From Trichoplax sp. H2 (taxonomy: Eukaryota): a DNA stretch of 32,876 bases. The stretch is taken from NCBI GenBank assembly GCA_003344405.1, contig NOWV01000184.1, positions 124,001-156,876 on the forward strand. Reading direction: 5' to 3'. The notes beneath the pieces are model-generated. The model had not been told where the DNA came from. It ran no database searches and saw only the letters and a list, made by a program, of their open reading frames with translations. Positions 24,271 to 32,876 of this stretch are shown here, in pieces (position 1 is the first letter of the stretch; the number at the start of each line of letters is the position of its first letter). The translations under genes and the position numbers were made by a program.

Positions 24271-26113
24271 TCCTGATGGATAGATTATCAAGTGACTGTC
24301 GAAGCCGAAGAACTAAATGATTTTCAATGGTTCGATACAAATGTGAATTAATAATTACTATCGTATCATGCTTTCTACTCTGAGTGCTGCATTGTTAAGA
24401 CAAGACAGCAGGACAGCACTACCTGTAGCAGAGTACATTGATTTATAACAAAGTTATGATAGACTGTCCTCCTCTTTCATTTACATAAAATTGATCCGAA
24501 ATAAATTAGGTATTATAAACACTAAGCGTCTAATTACCAATAAGAAATTTGTCCTAACTAAATTGATTCGTCGCTATTATTATTGAAAAATAAAGCAAAA
24601 ATCTAAATGTGCCTCTTAAAAGAAATGTAAAAGAAATTAACTTTATCATAGAATTTAACCTGTTTTATATCATTACTGCATAAAATTAAGCTATTTCGTT
24701 CTTTCTAACAACAATTATATCAAAATTTAAAGATTTACTTACATTTTTGCATGTAAATTTGTTATTGGGCTAATTCTTCAATGCTATTTTATATGTTGTT
24801 TCATTAGATATCATTGTACTTTTGTAACAGTTCAATGTCAACAGCGAAGCTGCAATAATTTATTAGAATATTACTAGCGAAAATGTAAGATAAAGAGCAA
24901 TGTTTATTTGTACGCACTACTGTATGGAAGTCTTTGACTTAGGAAGCAAAATTTTTACAATTTATTAGATACGATTGCTATTACTATGCCACTTTCTGTC
25001 TAAATTTACTATCCTAAAGCCAAAGAATAGTATTCGCGATTAGACAGTACCAGTAATATCATATATGAATACTCCACTTTTGGTGCAATAATGTGATAGG
25101 CAGTAGAATACTATACGCGTACGCGTATATATTAGTATTGTATCGAATTTATTAAGCTGTAATAGCCTACGCTGATTGCATTTTGCTGCAATTAGTTGTT
25201 TAGTAACCTAAAATGATTTGATATTTGAAAGAAGTCTACAGGGATAGTATTAGCACCGCTATACTTATGATATTCCGACATTATCGTTCAGAAATTAATA
25301 AAACGTATCATTTGAGGCATTAACATCATGTTGTTTTACCTATTTCGATTACTAATGTATGTAAAGGAAACCTCTAGAATCTATGTGGTTGGTGTAATGC
25401 TAGCTAGAGATTGTAAAGAAGCTTTCCAATTAAAGTGTTTACTGCTTCAATACAAATGATGCAGTTCATTAAAGGGAGACTAGATGCTATATGCCTACAG
25501 CAATTCCGAACTGCATTAAAATTTGGAGCTAAACATGTATGCACATGGAAGAAATTTTATAGTGTAAAACGATATTACTGTCAAAAATTATTTAATCGGT
25601 TGAAGCAATCAAGTCAAGAAGTATCTTTAATATTAAAAGTTATTCAGCCACATCAAATCAATTACTAGCATATTGCAATACAAGTCTCATTTTATTAGTA
25701 TACAGCATAACTTATTGACGTAACACCACATACAAGTAGCATTTGTTTCAATAATCGAAATATAGTACCAATATAGCACAACATACTAGTTTGATTATAT
25801 AGAATATTTTCGTAGGGAGATAAGCGTATAATATAACTAACTATATAAAATACTATAATTTTAACAATTTCTAAATGGTGTTGACATTTTTACTAGGCGG
25901 TAGTACATATTTTATTATTATTATTATACTCCGTTATCGTATCAGTAAACATGAATTTTCATGTCAAGTACGTGTGATATCACTAATTTACGTGGCAGAC
26001 ACGCTAATATAGGAATATGCGTAGTGTAAATTACTACTGCCAGCGAGTTTACACGGAGCATTAGCATAGAGTGAATTACTAGTTCCAGTATATTCACGCG
26101 AAGCCTTGACAAT

Positions 26114-26144
26114 TTATGATCCATGGTCAACATTAATTCGATAT
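26114..26144 (-). CDS. SEC14-like coding exon 16 (TAA stop)
   Basis: (K)YRINVDHGS*; ctatag acceptor. Confidence 0.85.
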
Positions 26145-29100
26145 CTATAGCAATTAATTTAAAACAAATTATTTCGATTATAGACTTGTTGAAGTATGGC
26201 GAATTTAGTAAATATTTAAACTTACTTAATACCCTTAGATAACCAAGTCGATGTAGAATTATCAAATTCAATTATAAGTTTTCCATTCGCAGTAGCGGCA
26301 AAATGCCTACGAACAGATCATTAGAGAGAGATAACAAGATTAAAAGTTGAATGTAATAATATCATCGATATTATTACAGAACAAACCCTTCAGCTGATTC
26401 AAGGGTAACGTGCTCTAATGGGATGATACTTTCTGGTTGTGAGGCTTTCTCCGGTTGCCAAAGAACTCTAAATTTAATATCAGTACTAAAAAGTTTACAA
26501 AAACAAAATTAGTCAATTACTGTAGCTGTAATTATGGCTTCATAGAAATATCAACCCAACTTCATTACTCGGTTAATTTTGTATTATTTATCATTGACCA
26601 GCTATATCTAACCTAGCTGCTATATAATGCCAGTAAACAGTTTCTCCTTTGGTGCAATGAATTTCTTGTAATAAAGACTTTCCAGCTTCTATATACATCA
26701 CAGTTACACAGTTGATAATGAATGTTACAAGAAGGAAATACCGTAATAGTTTAAAGTTAAAGTATCTTTAAACGAATACTAGCTGGGCTCACTGATATTG
26801 GTCTGGATTAGACCGTGGCTATCGGCACTTTTTGAATCCTGAAAAACAGCAAGCTATTAGATACGAGCATACTGAAGGTAGGGCAACATATAACTATAGT
26901 TATAAATTAATAGCTAGTTACATAATCTAACAACAAAGCAGAAACAATGTGCATACCAAATGTCCAGGAACTATATGCATACATCCGCCAGGGCATTTAC
27001 AAACTCCTCCAAATATTTCAGGAAGGTTTTCTGGCTCAACGTAATCCTACAGTAGATACAATTGAATTTTAAAGCAAGGTAGAACTATCACACTACAACT
27101 CTATTAATCCATTTATACCAATAACTTATGTATTTCATTTCCTCCAAGAACTACAAATTTCTCCCTGGTATTGGGATCTAATAATGGGCTAGCTATTTTC
27201 CATAATAGAGGAAATAGCCTAAGAAAAAGTTCAAAAATGCTTCTCTAAGCAAGACATCAGAAATGCAAACTCTAATAGCACGAGAGTGAAAGTGTTTTTC
27301 CGGACTATTTATGTCAATAACTAACCATGGCACGTTAACAAATATAACCTAAATAAGAATAGATAATGCGAAAGTATCAATTTGTAGTAAGTCATTATCA
27401 AATATGTATACCTTTAGTAGACGGAGTTTAACTAAAAAGTACTTTTGTAATTTTATTAAATATCAAGTATATGTTGTAAGTGCTTACCCTCCCTACCCTT
27501 TCAGGATAGACATCTTGGTCAATTTTTGAAACATGCTTAAATATTGATAAACATTTGCTGTGCGCGAGAGTATATATACATAGATGTATAAAATCATAAC
27601 AATTTGTAAATCAGTGGGTTGTTAATAAATACCGCTCTAACAGTAGATTCGGAATCACTATTACCGGTGAGAGAAATTTAACCCAGTCATATCATGAATT
27701 TGCGTTGTTGTTTCTATATTTTTTCCCTAGTAATAAAGAAATCTAGAAATACGATCGATTTGAAAGCGTGCTCTATGAAGGTTTATACCGCGATCGCTTA
27801 CAAATTGTTTAGATAATTCTTCAGCCCTACGCAACTGTTTTTCGTTGTGCCATATATGTCTTTTCATAATTTCACTTAGTGGCAACTAGCAAAATTTATA
27901 TCATGGTAGCAATGGCATCAGTATATTGCTTTAATTTAATTTAAACAAACTCGATATTTCAAATTTAAAAGTGTCTAGACATACTGTATAAATAACTGTG
28001 TACGCGTATACATGACAACTACGAAAGCATTGTATTGTATCTACCTCCATGAGTTTGTTTGCATCAATTTTGCCAGTTAATTCAACATAAACGGGTCTTC
28101 CATCTCGATCATGTTTATGATAGCCTAGAGAAATAATCTGCAGTGTAGGAAAGAATCAAGTCATGACATCAATAGGTTTTAAGAATGAAAGGAAGACGTA
28201 ATTTAGAACCAACCGCCATCATTTCCTTATCAAGTGGAGGCTAAATTGATGAGATGGAACGGTAATGAAAGGTAATAAAATATATACGTAAGTGAAATTA
28301 TTCAGTCATTATCAGATCTAACATAGTAGAGTGCTAAAATTATAAAATTTCAGTAAGAATAGATATTAGCGACAATCAGTGGTTAATAAATACGTATATC
28401 GATCTTTAACAGAAATTTAGATTCCAATATGATTTTCTAGATATGGTTTAGTGTATATTGTACACTATATAATCCATATCAGTTAAAGAATGATTTATTG
28501 AACGATATTAACATTATTTAAAAAACCTGTGTAATTCTAACTGAAAATTACTGCTAGTAGTATTTAAATATTCTCTGTCAAAGAATTTGGTATACGATGT
28601 TCAGGGTGTAATTAGGAATATTAAAAATCTATTATAACAGTAAAGTTCATTTATGTATCAGAAATTTTCATGGACGATGTAGTAAATGAAGATGATCATA
28701 AACCTGGCACAATCGTAATACGCGTAAATGTTTTCAAGATAACTACAAATTTTATAGTCAAATGTCTGTCGCATATAAGTTTGGACAATTTTATACCGGT
28801 TGATTGAGAATGTTATCAACATCGTTTTCTTTCCTCCACTTGCATTGATTAATATATTGCCTGCGAAGAAGGAAAATAATATATATTCAACTTACTTTGC
28901 ATAAGATAAGTCAAAAGCGTTATTTATGATTTCGTATATAGTGTGTTATAGCTTTACTGCACTGTAAGTCGAATGGACTACCAAATATTTGTACGCAATC
29001 ATCTTCACTTGTATCAAGTAGATTAGAGAATATCGCTTAAAAATAAGGGAGAGATATTGCTTACTTTTTTGCTGCTTCAACTTTAAACGATCTGGCCCTT

Positions 29101-30897
29101 AAAAATCGCAACAGGGTAGCCTAAGCGTGTATAACATATATCATCATTATAAGAAAAAGATGATTGGCATATACGTGCATGTATTACATCTTATTCAAGG
29201 AAAATTGGAATTAATCCATTCAAGCTGCAAACATAATATGTCACAAATTTAGATCGCATATTAATTATATGTTACCTATAAGTAGTAATAAGTGCAAACA
29301 ATAGAATCTTTAAGAAATGATCTTGATAATCATGATATACTGCATACATATACTAATCAAACTTTATATTCGTATTATTTTCTACTCGATATGAAGGTCC
29401 TGCATCGATATTGATTATTTTCACAGCAGATACTCGAATGTGTTATTTTCTATCGTAATATTGGTCACCTACTGTACGATACTTTGATAGGATTCAAGTA
29501 GAAGTTTGGAAAGATCAGCGATGACGCTAACAATTGTATGTAGCAAAGATGGAATATTAAAGTCTGATAGGATATTATTGGTTAAGCTGGGTGGAAGGGA
29601 TTGGAAGGCATTACCCCTTATGATATAATACTGTAACTACGATAATAAGTTGATAACGGAATATTATATCTGTCCAATGAAAATACTACGATATTGTCTA
29701 CAGAGCAAGCTTTAAAGAAATAGAAGCTTAATATTCTACTGCTAATCATTGCTAAGCTTTCAGTGCTGGCGAATATAATTATGTAGTTGTAATACGTGTA
29801 AGCAGTTAAGTATTGCCAGGGATTTCTACTAAACTAGTCCCTGGTATTGCATACCTACAGTACCCTTACGTGTTGATATATATATATATAAACATATATA
29901 CAGTATAGTAGGACACTGTTCCAACTAAAAGTTCAACTACTGTAGAGTCTAGTAGTTCCTTGCACAATGAAGTTACGCCTATTCAACAGATTTAAAAAAA
30001 TGGTGCAAATATCGAGAGATAGTAATGTTCCATGGTGTGCAACCAAGTCGATTAGGATGTACTTTACATTATGGGATGGTAATGGAATGAGCGAAAATCG
30101 ACTTATAGTGTCTTTGTATAAAAAACTGAAATGTACACACTACACCTGTTCGAGGTCTGGACTTTCTACATGGTAGCAATTTGACATGGATGCTATTGGC
30201 TATTAAATACTAACGATCTTGATAATAAATTTGACGTATCAAAACTGTTTACCAACAAACCCACAGATGGGCTAACTGGAAATGGAGAAAACCAAGCAAG
30301 CAGGAATTGTTAAGTGACAAAGAACATGATCGGCTATTGTCAAAAGAGTATCCGTGTTGAATGATGACTAAGCCTTTTGACGAGCTTAGATTGAAATCAA
30401 TTTAACGAAGCATGCCTGAATTACGGTAATAACGGGCAAAACGAATGCTTGATTATTGTAAAAGTGATTTCGATGGCTAATGATGATTAGGCCCGTTGAT
30501 GGCTTAGCTCGGAAGACAAGTAACTGTAAACAAGGCGAAATTGGTGTAAAAGCAGAAAGAAATAGGGCTGGTAAAAGTTGTTTCAATAGCTAATCCGCTG
30601 ATGGCTTATCAAGCTGGTACAATAAGCCGAAATGAGTAAGAGATCGAGTAAAATTACTAGATATAGCAAAAGCTGATCTATGGTTGAGGAATCGATACTT
30701 AGAATGTGAATTTATCAACCTACTTCTCGCCATCGATATTGATATGATCGAGTTCCTTCTTACTACGGTAAATCTACAGTATACATCATGCATTATCGCT
30801 GTACCTCATCCGTTGGATATTCAGTACCCACATGGGCTTTTAATTCATTCAATGCTTGTAATTGATCAGAGGATAAATCGCCGAGATGTCCACTCAT
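26114..30897 (-). CDS. SEC14L: SEC14-like lipid-binding/transfer protein (CRAL-TRIO N + CRAL-TRIO + GOLD), 364 aa, 16 coding exons
   Basis: Exons in transcript order: 30897..30805, 29120..29065, 28860..28797, 28240..28214, 28137..28045, 27885..27802, 27726..27665, 27557..27488, 27348..27326, 27218..27119, 27046..26957, 26838..26793, 26688..26613, 26485..26387, 26306..26226, 26144..26114. 1095 nt, all GT-AG, phases consistent. Motifs: MSGHLGDLSSDQLQAL, DEATLLRFLRARSF, KWRKEN, YHKHDRDGRPVY, YPERVG, LLDPNTREKF, LPEIFGG, and GOLD segments DIKFRV and FDNSTSTWLSKGIKY. An in-frame TAA lies three codons upstream of the ATG. Exact orthology within the SEC14L family is not established. Confidence 0.94.
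26226..26306 (-). CDS. SEC14-like coding exon 15 (GOLD)
   Basis: (G)HFAATANGKLIIEFDNSTSTWLSKGI; cgtag / gtaagt. Confidence 0.88.
26387..26485 (-). CDS. SEC14-like coding exon 14 (GOLD)
   Basis: (S)TDIKFRVLWQPEKASQPESIIPLEHVTLESAE; tttag / gtttgt. Confidence 0.85.
26613..26688 (-). CDS. SEC14-like coding exon 13 (GOLD)
   Basis: (K)AGKSLLQEIHCTKGETVYWHYIAA; tatag / gttaga. Confidence 0.87.
26793..26838 (-). CDS. SEC14-like coding exon 12
   Basis: DSKSADSHGLIQTNI; ttcag / gtgagc. Confidence 0.85.
26957..27046 (-). CDS. SEC14-like coding exon 11
   Basis: DYVEPENLPEIFGGVCKCPGGCMHIVPGHL; tgtag / gtatgc. Confidence 0.92.
27119..27218 (-). CDS. SEC14-like coding exon 10
   Basis: LFPLLWKIASPLLDPNTREKFVVLGGNEIHKLL; cttag / gtataa. 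Confidence 0.92.
27326..27348 (-). CDS. SEC14-like coding exon 9 (23-nt microexon)
   Basis: VIFVNVP(W); tttag / gttagt; needed for frame and matches the conserved IINAP strand. Confidence 0.88.
27488..27557 (-). CDS. SEC14-like coding exon 8
   Basis: (R)KCLSIFKHVSKIDQDVYPERVGR; cacag / gtaagc. Confidence 0.92.
27665..27726 (-). CDS. SEC14-like coding exon 7
   Basis: GKNIETTTQIHDMTGLNFSH; actag / gtaata. Confidence 0.9.
27802..27885 (-). CDS. SEC14-like coding exon 6
   Basis: LPLSEIMKRHIWHNEKQLRRAEELSKQF; gctag / gtaagc. Confidence 0.9.
28045..28137 (-). CDS. SEC14-like coding exon 5
   Basis: IISLGYHKHDRDGRPVYVELTGKIDANKLME; tgcag / gtagat. Confidence 0.92.
28214..28240 (-). CDS. SEC14-like coding exon 4 (27-nt microexon)
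   Basis: PPLDKEMMA; tttag / gttggt; phase 0 at both ends. Confidence 0.75.
28797..28860 (-). CDS. SEC14-like coding exon 3
   Basis: (K)QYINQCKWRKENDVDNILNQP; cgcag / gtataa. Confidence 0.92.
29065..29120 (-). CDS. SEC14-like coding exon 2
   Basis: ATLLRFLRARSFKVEAAK; cttag / gtaagc. Confidence 0.93.
30805..30897 (-). CDS. SEC14-like coding exon 1
   Basis: MSGHLGDLSSDQLQALNELKAHVGTEYPTDE; donor gtacag; exon begins at acceptor ttcaattag (30911). Confidence 0.9.
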
Positions 30898-31338
30898 TTC
30901 TTCTTAGTAATCTAATTGAAAATAATTTATAACATCAATTTGGTAGATGCCTAACTTAGCGATAGAAGATTATTCGACAGAGATCGTTGGTAGTAACAAC
31001 ACTACGTCTTTCACAACAATACTGGATGAATCCACTAGCCATCACCATAGGTGGGAGAAAGTGATGTCAATCTGCATGATTGACCAATATCACCTGTCGA
31101 AAGCAAAATAGCTTTCCAATCATCATCATCCATGACTGCCTTGACCATCATGAATGAGAATGGTTAACGAACTCATTTACCCATGTTGGTCAAGGTAGTC
31201 GTCCAACTTGTCCTACTCCTCTCCTCCATGATCATTTTGCCATGGATGTCCACATGTGCCTCATCCTCGGATGACCAATGGAGAAATCATGTTGACTGGA
31301 CAGTAAGTCAGTACAATCGGATTGGCATTTCTCATTAC

Positions 31339-31600
31339 CTGTATCACTTAGCAAAGGTTGAGAAAGCGAAAGCAACTTCTTCTCTACGATCTTGGCAAAG
31401 ACCATGTGAAGAAATGGACAACTAGCCGCATTTGGCTATCGCAGCAGAATGGCCTTTGGCTGAGCACGGCTTGACCTCTGTCTCCTCATACTCATTGTTA
31501 TTGTATTGTGTTTTGACAGCGCCAATGACATCATTCATTGGTAGTGGAGCGGCATCTGTCTATCTGTCATGCCGTAACACGCTGCTGACGAGTGACGACT
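31339..31600 (-). other. Probable non-coding 5'UTR exon(s) of the SEC14-like gene (upper bound uncertain)
   Basis: The first coding exon has an acceptor 14 nt before its ATG, so an upstream exon is needed. A good donor CAG|gtaatg lies at 31338 and the region is GC-richer than the introns. Confidence 0.45.
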
Positions 31601-31993
31601 AGTTACGAGTGACGAGATTAGACAGACAGACAGACGCGACGCTGTCCTGCCTGAAGCGGGACAGGACTTGTGCCTCAAGTACTGTAGGGTTGGAAGTCAT
31701 AGTACTGTGGCCAAAAGGGAAGAAAAATGGATTCATTCATCCATGGCAGACAATAGTACAGTATTCTCTTTCCAGCCATCTTTGCAAGTTCTAAATTCCA
31801 TGAGCTAAAATTGTTGGTAGTTGACTGACTATAGAGTAGACTGTACAGTAGGTACTAAAGAGTTGCTATCTCAGTAAAATCAGTACCGTAGCATCGTTTG
31901 CGTAGGGTAATCCATTGGCCCATTGACTAAAATTGTTGGTATGGCCTGTCAAGGGCAATGGTTCTTCCTGCCTAGCACAGTGCTACAAGCGCA

Positions 31994-32826
31994 TACAGTA
32001 CTGTACTGTACATTTTGCTGTACTGCAGCGTCAAGGGGTCATGGCATAGTCTGCTATTGGCGCATTGCTACCACGGAATACAATTTACTGACAGTACTGT
32101 CCAAAGCTGTACTGTACAGTGTGCACTGTAGATAGTTTGAAGTCCAAAGGTACTGTGTGTACAGTACAATACGGTACGGTACAGTGTGCAGTGTACAGTA
32201 CTGTACACTGTAGAGAAGTTCAAGTCCAACAGTACAGTACAGTACAGTACACTGTAGAGAAGTTCATGTCCAACGATAAAGTACTGTACATTGTACGTAC
32301 GTACTGTGCACTGTACTGTACTGTACTGTAGATCATTTCAAGGCCAAAGGTACTGTACGGTGCAGTAGGGTATAGTGTACTGTACAGTGTACAGTACATG
32401 GTACCCCTTCTTCCCAGTGCTGTACTGTACAGTACTGTACTGTACTGTACTGTGGACTCCTGGAAGTTGGACTGTAGTGTACTGTAGAGTACTACATACT
32501 GATTGTACTGTACTGTACGTACTGTACTGTACTGTACTGTACTGTACATTGTACTGTACGTACGTACAGTACTGTGCACTGTACTGTAGATCATTTCAAG
32601 GCCAAAGGTACTGTACTGTACGGTGCAGTAGGGTATAGTGTACAGTACAGTGTACAGTACATGGTACCCCTTCTTCCCAGTGCTGTACTGTACCGTACTG
32701 TACTGTACTGTAGTCATTTGAACAGTGTACTGTACTGTACTGTACTGTACTGTGGACTCCTGGAAGTTGGACTGTAGTGTAGAGTACTACATACTGTAAG
32801 CAAACACTAGACTGGACACTGTACAC
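31994..32826. repeat. GTAC/TACTG pentamer-based satellite with higher-order repeat
   Basis: Runs of (TACTG)n and (CAGTA)n. Unique blocks tagatcatttcaaggccaaagg (32329, 32587), catggtaccccttcttcccagtgc and tgtggactcctggaagttggactgtagtgt (32451, 32751) each occur twice. The YSTVQ/YCTVL ORFs in the track are translations of this repeat. Confidence 0.95.
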
Positions 32827-32876
32827 TATCACGGCCAGTACGGTATCAGCGGTCTGTGCAGCTTGATCGCTTGCGC

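Noticed and set aside
24268-24276. TGA-x-TGA read as selenocysteine
   Set aside because: The downstream hairpin lacks the SECIS core and the protein family has no redox context.
29815-29845. CCAGGGA...TCCCTGG hairpin as a miRNA precursor
   Set aside because: The stem is only about 10 bp including G-U pairs, too short.
25942-30932. AIDI and IHSML shared between track ORFs 25942..26271(-) and 30684..30932(+)
   Set aside because: One ORF is off-frame over the last SEC14-like exons and UTR, the other is antisense to coding exon 1, and the spacing differs. Coincidence.
31183-31425. Track ORF with a signal-peptide-like N-terminus (MLVKVVVQLVLLLSS...)
   Set aside because: Antisense to the probable 5'UTR exon and intron of the SEC14-like gene, with no family match and no other support.
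32128-32796. Repeat-spacer appearance suggesting a CRISPR array
   Set aside because: The spacers are themselves duplicated, unit lengths vary, no cas genes are present and the context is eukaryotic.
31923-32832. Long ORFs with YSTVQ/YCTVL repeats
   Set aside because: They are translations of the TACTG/CAGTA satellite, open on both strands because the pentamer lacks stop codons.

Overview
AT-rich, intron-dense eukaryotic DNA. The style suggests a compact early-branching animal genome such as a placozoan (inference only). Two multi-exon genes were rebuilt by hand from GT-AG sites with consistent phases; the ORF track captures only fragments of the first and none of the second. (1) + strand, 7740..24270, 17 exons, about 830 aa: a signalling scaffold with the order SAM - RA - RA - low-complexity linker - PDZ - coiled coil. 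Its tandem RA module resembles Drosophila Rau. (2) - strand, 30897..26114, 16 coding exons including 23- and 27-nt microexons, 364 aa: a SEC14-like lipid-transfer protein (CRAL-TRIO N, CRAL-TRIO, GOLD). The genes converge tail-to-tail about 1.8 kb apart. Upstream of gene 1 are two overlapping ~195-bp tandem duplications of different ages, punctuated by AAGCTT. The window ends in a GTAC/TACTG-based satellite with a higher-order repeat. Bases 1-6700 contain no confident coding sequence, only weak minus-strand exon candidates. No CRISPR array, RNA gene or transposase was seen.
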